In this document: positions 47,596 through 56,096 of the stretch, piece by piece | Numbering within the stretch: position 1 is the first letter of the stretch | How the letters are laid out: every line of letters begins with the position of its first letter | Position numbers and translations under genes: made by a program | NCBI GenBank assembly: GCA_963831105.1 | Contig: CAWHOS010000006.1 | Span: 39,107-103,106 of the forward strand | DNA: 64,000 bases | Reading direction: 5' to 3' | Source of the DNA: an uncultured Solirubrobacteraceae bacterium | GTDB taxonomy: Bacteria > Actinomycetota > Thermoleophilia > Solirubrobacterales > Solirubrobacteraceae | Notes under the pieces: model-generated | What the model was told of the DNA's origin: nothing | Database searches by the model: none | Seen by the model: the letters and a program-made list of their open reading frames with translations, nothing else

Positions 47596-48213
47596 TCAGA
47601 GCTTGACGGGGACTGTTCCTGGCTCGCGCGGGAGCATGCGGTGTCCGTCGACGATCGCGGCGGCGAGGTCGATCAGCTTCCGGTTGTCGACGCGCGAGTG
47701 CTCGCGGAGCATCTCGAATGCGCTCGCCTCGGTGATCGCGTGGCGTTCCATGAGGATGCCCTTTGCCCGCTCGATCAGGGCACGTCGTCCGAACGCGCCC
47801 TGCAGCGCGTGGAATTCCGCGAAGCGCTGCAGCACGATGTCGATCGAGCTCTGCCACTCGTCGGTGTCGCTATCGCTGATGTGAGCGAACACGCCGCGCC
47901 GGGACGCCTGCCTGACGAACTCCGGGTCGCGGGCGTGGAGGAGCACGATCACCGGGCAGGACGCCTCGCGGACGATCCGATCGATCAGGTCGAGCGCGTG
48001 GTCTGAGCTTTCACCGAGTCCGACGAGCGCCACGTCGGGTCTCTCGCGGGCGGTGACCGGTCCGACGTCGTCGACCTCGATCTCGCGGGCGATGACCTCG
48101 TGGCCGAGTCCGACGACCACCGCCGCGACGAGCGCGAGGCGGTCCTTGCGCTGGTTCGCGATCAGGACGCGGAGGTGCTCGATTCCATCGCTTGCGGGTG
48201 GCTGCATCTTCAC
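47596..48213 (-). CDS. ANTAR-domain RNA-binding regulator with a degenerate (pseudo-)receiver domain
   Basis: The C-terminal RALIERAKGILMERHAITEASAFEMLREHSRVDNRKL is an ANTAR signature. The N-terminal receiver-like fold lacks the acidic pocket (see findings). Confidence 0.8.
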   Translation of the reverse strand: MKMQPPASDGIEHLRVLIANQRKDRLALVAAVVVGLGHEVIAREIEVDDVGPVTARERPDVALVGLGESSDHALDLIDRIVREASCPVIVLLHARDPEFVRQASRRGVFAHISDSDTDEWQSSIDIVLQRFAEFHALQGAFGRRALIERAKGILMERHAITEASAFEMLREHSRVDNRKLIDLAAAIVDGHRMLPREPGTVPVKL

Positions 48214-48371
48214 CTGAGGCTACATCCGACGGCGATCCTGGCGATAGGTCTATGGTGGGTTGTGGTCCGCTTCAAACCCCGGCGGACTCCGCAGTTCCGG
48301 CTCCATCACTCCGGCCGGCGTGAAGCGTGTCGACCCGACGGTCGGCAGACAACCGCCTCGAAGGAGCCATC

Positions 48372-49004
48372 ATGAACTCGAAGTTCTTCAAATACGCGGG
48401 CATCGCGGCCAGCGTGCTGCTGATCGCCTTCGGCATCGGCATGGTCGTCACCGGCAGCAGCGCTCAGAGCACGGTGAATGACAACCTCGCCCAGGAGCAC
48501 ATCACGGGCACCCCGGACATGACGCCGGCCCTTACTGCGGCCGCCGTCAAGGAGAGCAAGCTGGATGGGATCACCATCCCCACCTGCTCGGTGGCGGACA
48601 AGCCCATCAACGACGGCGCCAGCGCCAAGTGCTTCGCGAGCTACATGCGCATCCACGCGCTCGAAGCGACCGGCGGCCGCACCTATTCCCAGATGGGCCA
48701 GTACCTCACAGCGGACGGCAAGGAGACCAGCGAGAAGACAGAGGCCGCCACGGATCCCAAGACCGGCCAGCCCACGCCCAACGGGGCGCGCAACGTATGG
48801 GTCACCGAAACCGCATTGGGCACGGCGCTGAACACCTCGTACTTCGCTTCGAGCGTCGGCCTGTTCGCGATCGTCGTCGGCATCGCCCTGCTGCTGATCG
48901 GCACCGGCCTTCTCGTTCTCACGGTTCGCTGGATCCGCGAGCCGAAGCCGGTCGCGTCGGCGCAGCCGAAGGCCGCGGGCCCGATCGCGCCGGTTCCGGC
49001 ATGA
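48372..49004 (+). CDS. conserved two-TM membrane protein, paralogue A
   Basis: AAGGAG lies before the ATG. N-terminal TM, about 130-aa exposed domain (GTPDM, YSQMGQYLT, WVTETALGTALNTSYFA), C-terminal TM. Paralogue of 53605..54180. Confidence 0.7.
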   Translation: MNSKFFKYAGIAASVLLIAFGIGMVVTGSSAQSTVNDNLAQEHITGTPDMTPALTAAAVKESKLDGITIPTCSVADKPINDGASAKCFASYMRIHALEATGGRTYSQMGQYLTADGKETSEKTEAATDPKTGQPTPNGARNVWVTETALGTALNTSYFASSVGLFAIVVGIALLLIGTGLLVLTVRWIREPKPVASAQPKAAGPIAPVPA

Positions 49005-50092
49005 GGGCCCTCGTCTATCACGGCCCCGGCGAGCGCGCCTGGGACACCGTTCCGGATCCGGAGATCGTGGATCCCACCGACGCCGTCGTGCGGATCGACA
49101 CCTCGACGATCTGCGGCAGCGACCTGCACATCCTCAAGGGCGATGTCCCGGAGACCCCTCCGGGCACCGTCCTGGGCCATGAGGCGGTCGGAACCGTCGA
49201 GGCGGTCGGGGCCGGTGTGACCACGGTCGCGCCGGGCGATCGCGTGCTCGTGTCGTGCATCAGCGCGTGCGGGCGTTGCCGCTTCTGCAAGGAGGCCCAT
49301 TACGGGCAATGCCTCGGCGGCGGCGGCTGGGTCCTCGGGCACACGATCGACGGGCTGCAGGCCGAGTATGCGCGGACGCCGTTCGCGGACACCTCGCTCT
49401 ACAAGCTCCCGGACGCGATGAGCGACGAGCAGGTGCTCTTCCTCGCCGACATCCTCCCGACCTCGTATGAGGTCGGGGTCCTGAACGGCGCGGTGGGCCC
49501 CGGGGACGTGCTGGCGATCGTGGGCGCCGGGCCGATCGGGCTCGCTGCGGTCCTCACCGCCGGACTGCTGTCGCCGAGCCGGATCGCGGTCATCGACCTC
49601 GATGACGGCCGGCTGGCGCGGGCCCGGGAGTTCGGCGCGGACGTCACGATCAACAACGGCACCGAGGATGCCGTCGCGCGCATCATGGAGCTGACCGATG
49701 GCATGGGCGCGGACGTCGCGCTCGAAGCGGTCGGCATCGCGCCGACGTTCGAGCTCGCCGCCGAGCTGATCCGGCCCGGCGGGCACGTGGCGAACATCGG
49801 TGTCCACGGGCACTCCGCCTGCCTGCATCTCGAGACGATGTGGAGCCGCAACGTCACGATCACGACCGGGCTCGTGGACACGTTCACGATCCCGCAGCTC
49901 ATGAAGCTCGTCGAGCAGGGACGCCTGGACCCGACGGTCCTCGCCACCCATCGCTACGCGCTCGGCGACACGATGGCCGCATACGACACGTTCGCCGCCG
50001 CCGGGACGACCGGCGCGCTGAAGGTCGTCCTCCAAGGCTCGGGGGTCGCACACACCGAGCCCGTCGAGGAAGCGGTGCTGGTCGCGGGCTGA
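49001..50092 (+). CDS. zinc-dependent alcohol dehydrogenase (MDR family)
   Basis: The ATG overlaps the upstream stop (ATGA). Contains ICGSDLH, GHEAVG, the structural-Zn Cys cluster CGRCRFC, and Rossmann VGAGPIG. Confidence 0.85.
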   Translation: MRALVYHGPGERAWDTVPDPEIVDPTDAVVRIDTSTICGSDLHILKGDVPETPPGTVLGHEAVGTVEAVGAGVTTVAPGDRVLVSCISACGRCRFCKEAHYGQCLGGGGWVLGHTIDGLQAEYARTPFADTSLYKLPDAMSDEQVLFLADILPTSYEVGVLNGAVGPGDVLAIVGAGPIGLAAVLTAGLLSPSRIAVIDLDDGRLARAREFGADVTINNGTEDAVARIMELTDGMGADVALEAVGIAPTFELAAELIRPGGHVANIGVHGHSACLHLETMWSRNVTITTGLVDTFTIPQLMKLVEQGRLDPTVLATHRYALGDTMAAYDTFAAAGTTGALKVVLQGSGVAHTEPVEEAVLVAG

Positions 50093-50103
50093 GCACCGTG
50101 CAC

Positions 50104-50131
50104 GCCGGACTCGGCCCAGGCCGGGTCCGGC
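50104..50131 (+). terminator. stem-loop after the ADH gene
   Basis: GCCGGAC-T-CGGCC..GGCCG-G-GTCCGGC, 12 nt after the stop. Confidence 0.45.
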
Positions 50132-50248
50132 ACCGCACGCAGCAGACTCGGTGTTTTCCCGCACCAGGTGTGCGCCACATCCCGGAGGGCGCGGGCAGCG
50201 GGTGCGGCGAGGATGGGTCTCAGGAACCAACGTCCGAGGACTGGTGAC

Positions 50249-51817
50249 ATGTCAACGCTCATCCCGGGCTCCGAGCCGGAGCCGACAACGCAGGTCGACT
50301 ATGAAGCAGCGGAGGGCTTGACCGAGGCTCCAGCCGCGGAGATCCCCATCCGGCCGCCGGGCGAGCGCGAGAAGCGGCGGCGCGAGTGGTTGATGGTCGC
50401 CGCCGGCCTCGCCTCCCTCGTCGCCGTGCTCGCGATCGCCGTCTCGATCTGGGCCATGGCGACCCGCGACGGCTCCGCTCCGACGGTCGTGGCGCCCGCG
50501 GCGACCGCCGCGCCCGCGGACCAGCCGGCGGCCGCCGAGCAGGCGGCGCCGACCCTCGCCGACGCCAAGGGCGTCGCCTTCGAGCCGTTCGAGCGCGTGG
50601 ACCCGACGCTGCCGCCGGTTCCGGCGGGCGCGGTCAAGAAGTTCGAGGTCGACGTCTACCAGCACGTGACCCAGGTCTCCGAGGCCCTCGCGCCGACCGA
50701 GGTGTGGAGCTTCGCCGTCAACGGCAAGCGCTACGAGGGGACGGGCGTCTCCGGTCCGATGGTCGTCACCGAGGGCGACAAGGTCGACTTCACGCTCACC
50801 AACGGCTCGGACGCCTCGATGAAGGTCGATCTGCCGCACTCGCTCGACTTCCACTCTGCCGAGGTCAACCCGGGCACCCGCTACAAGGACCTCGCGCCCG
50901 GCGAGTCGCTCCATTATCGGTTCGTCGCCGAGCACCCGGGCGTGTTCATGTACCACTGCGCGACCCAGCCTGTCCTGATGCACACGGGCGCGGGGATGGT
51001 CGGCATGTTCGTCGTCAAGCCGAAGGACCTCGCTCCGGTCGACAAGGAGCTGTGGATCACCCAGCAGGAGTACTACATCGGCAAGCCGGGCGGCGACGCC
51101 GACATGGTCAAGATGGCCGCCAAGAAGCCCGACGTGATCGCTTTCAACGGCTACGCCGACCAGTACAAGCAGGCACCGATCAGCGTCCGCAAGGACGAGA
51201 AGGTCCGGATGTACGTGCTCAATGCGGGCCCGAGCGTCTGGAGCGCCTTCCACGTGATCGGGACCGTCTTCGACCGCACGATGGTCGAGGGCACGGCCGG
51301 GCACGACGCGCAGACCATCAACCTCGCTCCCTCCCAGGGCGGCTGGGTCGAGTTCACCCTCGCGGAGGAAGGGACCTTCCCGTTCGTCAACCACGCCTTC
51401 GGCGACATGGTCAAGGGCTCGCTGGGCATCCTCGCCACACCCAACGCGCCCAAGGCCGCCGGTCACGGCGCAGCACCGGCGCACCACGAGAGCGCTGCCG
51501 CCCCCGCGGGATCCATCGGCGTGACGATGGGCGACATGTGGATCAAGTCGGCGGCGCCGACGGCCAAGGCCGGCAAGGTGGACTTCGCCGTCGAGAACCA
51601 GGGCGCGATGATGCACGGCCTGGCCATCGTCAAGGCCCCGGCCGAGGCGGCGGGCGGGATGCTCGCTGAGAGCACGTTCCTCGCCAAGGGCGGCAATCTC
51701 GCCGCCGGCGCCACCGAGACCATGAGCGCCGATCTGACGCCTGGCGAGTACGAGCTGGTCTGCCACCTCGCGGGCCACTACGCCGCGGGGCAGAAGCTGC
51801 CCTTCAAGGTCGAGTAG
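50249..51817 (+). CDS. membrane-anchored copper-containing nitrite reductase (NirK)-like protein with C-terminal cupredoxin domain
   Basis: N-terminal TM. NirK ligand motifs HSLDFH, YHCATQPVLMHTGAGM, FHVIG and VNHAF. The extra C-terminal domain carries H...CHLAGHYAAGQ. Confidence 0.75.
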   Translation: MSTLIPGSEPEPTTQVDYEAAEGLTEAPAAEIPIRPPGEREKRRREWLMVAAGLASLVAVLAIAVSIWAMATRDGSAPTVVAPAATAAPADQPAAAEQAAPTLADAKGVAFEPFERVDPTLPPVPAGAVKKFEVDVYQHVTQVSEALAPTEVWSFAVNGKRYEGTGVSGPMVVTEGDKVDFTLTNGSDASMKVDLPHSLDFHSAEVNPGTRYKDLAPGESLHYRFVAEHPGVFMYHCATQPVLMHTGAGMVGMFVVKPKDLAPVDKELWITQQEYYIGKPGGDADMVKMAAKKPDVIAFNGYADQYKQAPISVRKDEKVRMYVLNAGPSVWSAFHVIGTVFDRTMVEGTAGHDAQTINLAPSQGGWVEFTLAEEGTFPFVNHAFGDMVKGSLGILATPNAPKAAGHGAAPAHHESAAAPAGSIGVTMGDMWIKSAAPTAKAGKVDFAVENQGAMMHGLAIVKAPAEAAGGMLAESTFLAKGGNLAAGATETMSADLTPGEYELVCHLAGHYAAGQKLPFKVE

Positions 51818-51840
51818 TCGCGCGTCAGCGAGGCGGCTCG

Positions 51841-51866
51841 GGGCGGCGTCCGGAAGGGCGCCGCCC
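51841..51866 (+). terminator. stem-loop after the NirK-like gene
   Basis: GGGCGGCG(TCC)-GGAA-(GGG)CGCCGCCC, 24 nt after the stop. Confidence 0.5.
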
Positions 51867-51881
51867 TCGCGCGATGTGAGC

Positions 51882-52090
51882 TCAGCAGTCGCCTCGCCGT
51901 CGCGGGGCAGTTGTCGTCACGATGATCAGCGGCAGTTGCCGTTCCGCCTTGGTTTGGACCTTCTGCAGGTAGTGGTGGGTGGCGATCAGCTTGTCCCAGA
52001 GCTCTGTGCGCTCCTGGACGGGCGTGGTGCGGGTCTGGCCGGAGTGGCGTCCGGTGGTCTGCAACAGCAGGACGCTGGCCGCCGAGGCGC
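51882..52090 (-). pseudogene. remnant of a deazaflavin (F420)-dependent nitroreductase (Ddn family) with an internal deletion
   Basis: VLLLQTTGRHSGQTRTTPV (N-terminal family motif) is joined directly to ERTELWDKLIATHHYLQKVQTKAERQLPLIIVT (C-terminal family motif). The central region of about 70 aa is missing. Confidence 0.5.
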
Positions 52091-52206
52091 CCGAGGACCC
52101 TCCCGCCCGAGCGCCGATACACCCACGGGCTGTCGCTACATGCGCGCGGCAGTTCGTACGTCGCGGGGCGCGCAAGCCCTACTGGCGCCCGCCGGCACCA
52201 TGACCC

Positions 52207-53463
52207 TCAGACCGCCCCGGCGGCCGGCCTCGCGAGGATGTCGATGTTGGTGCGCAGATCGCCGCCCTCCAGCCTGGGGGCAATCGCCACCTCGCGCTGC
52301 GGGCCCGGTGCCGCGCTGAGGATCTCGTCCTCCTCGCGCCCGAGCAGGTAAGGGCTCAGGTAGCGGCCGGCGATCTTGCTGGGCGGCCACCAGAGGGCGT
52401 GCGCGGCGGCGTCGCCCTCGCCGTGGACGTCGCTCAGCTCGCGTCGCAGGAACTGGGCCTGGCCGCCCGTGAGCAACATGCCGCGCAGCACCGGGCTCTG
52501 CGAGGTCACGGCAGTCACGCCGCCCGCGCGTGCGGCGATCACCTCGGCGACCGCGTCGGCCTGCTGGGCGGCGATGCCGCCCTGCTTGATCGGGTACGTC
52601 GTCGCGTCGCCTGCTACGAACACGTCCGGCCAGCCCGGGACGCGGCCGTGCTCGTCGGCGGGTATGAAGCCGTTAGAGTCGCTGGGCAGGCCCGGCAAGC
52701 CCGGGCCCAAGAGCAGCGGGAGGGTCACGACGCGGCCCGCCTCGAGCTCGCGGCCGCTCGGACTCAGCAGCAGCCGCTGGCCCTCGACCGCCGCGTGGGA
52801 GCCGCCGATGAACTCGATTCCCGCATCGGCGAGGAGCGCTGCCACGGCGTCGCTTGCTGCCCGTGCCGAAGATGCGCAGCGGCGCCGGCTCGGTGGAGAT
52901 GAGCGACACCCGCACGTCGTCGATTCCCATGCCGCGAACCTCAGCGACAGTCATCAGCGCGAGCTCGTAGAGAGGCAGCGGCCACGACGAGCCGCTCGGC
53001 ACGACGAAGGCGATGTGCTTCAGGTAGCCATCCTCGGCGTCGGCGAGCATCCCGCCCAGCGCCTCGTGCGTGCCCGGCTCGCCGAACGTGATGCCACGCG
53101 TGTACGGGCGGGCGGTGCGGGCGCCGACCGCGACCACGAGGTCGTCGTAGGCGATCTCGCTCGCCGCTGGCGCAGCGGATGACGCCGCGGTCGGGAATGA
53201 CCTCCTCGCAGCTGTCGACGACGAGGCGGGCGCCGAAGTCATCGGCGACACGCTGCAGCGGATGATGCTCGGCGTGCCCGAGCGAGAACGGCTCGGCGAC
53301 GGTGAGGGGGCGGTACGTGAAGTCCGGCGACGGACGGACGACGAGCGTGACGCTGACCCGATCGCGGGCCAGGTCGTCGAAGTGCGATGAGCGACTCGAG
53401 GCCGGCGACGCCCCCTCCCAGGATCACGACATGGCGAGTGGGGGAGATGGCGGAATCGGTCAT
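52207..53463 (-). pseudogene. FAD-dependent pyridine nucleotide-disulfide oxidoreductase (SQR/NDH-2-like), three +1 frame disruptions
   Basis: MTDSAISPTRHVVILGGGVAGLES..., then FDDLARDRVSVTLVV..., then EIAYDDLVVAVGAR...PLPLYELAL..., then AASDAVAALLADAG...FVAGDAT... lie in four successive frames. The breaks are at about 53382, 53159 and 52861. Confidence 0.7.
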
Positions 53464-53604
53464 GTCCTCCACCGTAGGTCGCGCCGGGGCCGCGGGCATC
53501 CGGGGGATCCGCCCGGGCGCATTGGGGAGAACTACGGAGCCTTAACGGTCTCCGCCCCGCGGAAGGCGGGGCGGAGGGTCCTTGACGAGCGCCGGGTCGC
53601 GAGC

Positions 53605-54180
53605 CTAGGCGGGCGTCGGGACTGCGGTCTTCTTCACGGCGGCCTTGGCGCGAGGCTCGGTCACTGCGGCCGTCTCCCAGGGGAGGCGGAAGACGAGGAC
53701 CAGGAAGCCGATGCCGGTCAGCAGCAGCGCGACGCCCATGACGATGGCGAAGGTGGCGACGCTCTCCGCGAAGAACGAGGTGTTCAGCGCGGTAGACAGG
53801 GCGGTCTCGGTCACCCAGATCGTCCGGGCGGCGTTCGGAACCGGCTTGCCGGTCGCCTTGTCGATCGCCGCCGCCTTGGCGTCGCTGGTCGGCTCGCCCG
53901 CTGAGGTCAGGAACTGGCCCATCTGCGAGTACAGCTGCCCGTCGGTGGCTTCCAGCGTGTGCTTGCGGATCCCGTCCGCGAAGAGCTTGGCCTTGGCGCC
54001 GGTGTCGACCGGCTTGTTGGCGATCTGCTTGTCCATGTCGGGCGTGCCGACGATCTGTTCCTGCTTGAGCGTGTTCCGCACCTCGGAGCGCCCGTTGACA
54101 CCAACGACGATGGATCCGATGCCGAACGCGATGAGGATGACGCTGGCGACGATGCCGCCGTATTTGGTGAAGGACTTCAT
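53605..54180 (-). CDS. conserved two-TM membrane protein, paralogue B
   Basis: MKSFTKYGGIVASVILIAFGIG..., GTPDM, YSQMGQFLT and WVTETALSTALNTSFFA. Same architecture as 48372..49004. Confidence 0.7.
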   Translation of the reverse strand: MKSFTKYGGIVASVILIAFGIGSIVVGVNGRSEVRNTLKQEQIVGTPDMDKQIANKPVDTGAKAKLFADGIRKHTLEATDGQLYSQMGQFLTSAGEPTSDAKAAAIDKATGKPVPNAARTIWVTETALSTALNTSFFAESVATFAIVMGVALLLTGIGFLVLVFRLPWETAAVTEPRAKAAVKKTAVPTPA

Positions 54181-54285
54181 GATGACTCCGATGCGGTGGA
54201 CGGCTTCGGCAGTGCTTGCCGCCTCTGTCCGCTCATTTGAATCGCTTCCAGCAGCGCCGCCATCCGCTCCGACTACGCGGATCGA

Positions 54286-55994
54286 CTACGGAGTCGCTGC
54301 GCCGGCCTCCGTGGTTTCCCGCATGAGCGGGAACGAGCCCCGGACCGTCGTGCCGGCCTCGGACGACTCCACGCGCATGTCGCCGCCGACGAGCCCGGCA
54401 CGCTCGCGCATGCCGATCAGGCCGAAGCCCTCGACGCGCTGCGCGGGGTCGAATCCATGGCCGTCGTCGGCGATCTCGACCTCGACGGCGTCGGGGCCGG
54501 GGATCAGCCGGACGCGCACGTGCTCGGCCCGCGCGTGTCTGGCGGTGTTGGTCAGCGCTTCCTGGACGAAGCGATAGATGGTCGTCTCGATCTCCGGATC
54601 GAGGCGCTGCGGACCGAGATCGAGCTCGCCGGAGACGTCGAGGCCCTCGACCGTGCCCAGCCGCGTGAGCAGGCTCTCGAGCGCAGGCTTCAGACCGAGA
54701 TGGTCGAGCGCGGCGGGGCGGAGCTCGGTGATCAGCATGCGCAAGCCGTCGATCTGCTCCTGGATCTGCGCGACGGCGAGCCCGACCGCCTCGTCGACGG
54801 TGCTTCGTCGGCGGCCGGCCCGGCGGACGAGAGCAGGACCTGCAGGCCACCGAGGCCTTGGAGGGTCTCGTCGTGGAGCTCGCGGGCCCACCTGCGGCGC
54901 TCGCTCTCCGCGGCCTTGAGCGAGTCGCGCAGGCGTTCGCGCTCGACCGTCTTCGCGGTGGCCACGGCGGTCGCGGCGCTCGCCGCGAACGTCACGAGCA
55001 GCGATTCCTGGTCGCGGTCGAACTCGGCGTCGCCGGCCATGCTGTCGAACGCGGCGAGCACGCCGAGCGGCGTCCCGCGATACACGAGCGGGACGAGCAT
55101 CCCGGTCTCGGCGCCCACGACGCCGAGCCCGGCGTCCTCGAGCGTGAGCATCGTCTGGGCATCGCTCATGCGCCTCGGGTGCGCGGACGACAGCACGTCT
55201 CCTGCCGTGGTCGCCTCGATCGGGATCCGGGAGCCCACGGCTCGGCTCTGGACCTGTCCAGCGCTCGCGGCGACGGTCAGCTCGTCTCCTTCGGCCAGGA
55301 GCAAGACGAGCGAGCGGGCCTCCACCAGGTCGCGGCCGCGCTTGACGATCAGCTCGAGCACCCGGTCGACATCGGTCTCCGTGCCGATGGCGCGCGCGAT
55401 CGTCGTGGTGGCCTCGAGGCCTTGCACCGCGCGCTCGAGCTGGTCCTTGCGAGCCTGAACACCCTTGAAGAGCCGGGCGTTGTCGATGGCGATGCCCGCC
55501 CACTCGGCCAGGACCATCACGGTCTGCTCGTCGGCGGCGGTGAACTCGTCGTCGTCCTGCTTCTCGGTCAGGTAGAGGTTCCCCCACGCCTCTCCACGGA
55601 TGACGATGGGGACTCCGAGGAAGCTGCTCATGGGCGGATGGGAGACCGGGAATCCGTAGGACCGCGGATGGTCGCCGACGTGCGACAACCGCAGCGGACG
55701 CGGGTCCGAGATCAGGACACCGAGGACGCCGCGGCCGCGCGGCAGCTCGCCGATGGCGCGGTGCGTGTCGGCATCGAAGCCGTGCGTGACGAAGCGCTCG
55801 AGTCCACTGCGCTGCTCATTGAGGACGCCGATCGCCGCGTACCGCGCCCTCGTCAGCTCGGTGGCGACGCCGAGGAGGTTGTCGAGGATGCGCTCGAGAT
55901 CGAGGAGCTTGACGAGCGACCGTCCGGCTTCCAGCAACCGGCGGAGCGTCGCCTCGTCCAGCGCGAGCTGCTCGTCGGGCAGGCGATCGGTCAC
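54286..55994 (-). CDS. DevS/DosT-like sensor histidine kinase (GAF-GAF-HisKA_3-HATPase), apparent -1 frameshift at 54800-54826
   Basis: Two GAF-like domains and the H box ARELHDETLQGL are in the frame of ORF 54732..55994. The rest (TVDEAVGLAVAQIQ...ITELRPAALD...FVQEALTNTARHA...DDGHGF...GLIGMRERA) is in the frame of ORF 54286..55587. Confidence 0.75.
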
Positions 55995-56096
55995 GGACCG
56001 ATCCTAGGGATACTCGTTCGACTGCGGCTTTCTTCGTACCCATCAACGTATGCAGTCCGCATGCCCTGTGCGCTCCCGCGAGCTACGTTTGACGGC

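Noticed and set aside
48214-48371. Possible ANTAR-target dual hairpin in the leader next to the ANTAR gene
   Set aside because: Only short stems with 3-4-nt loops were found (GCGG-ACT-CCGC and CGACC-CGAC-GGTCG). There are no paired hexaloops with the A1/G4 signature.
55995-56096. Expected DevR/DosR-type box in the divergent kinase/flavoprotein spacer
   Set aside because: I found no GGGAC...GTCCC-like palindrome by eye. The absence is noted, not proven.
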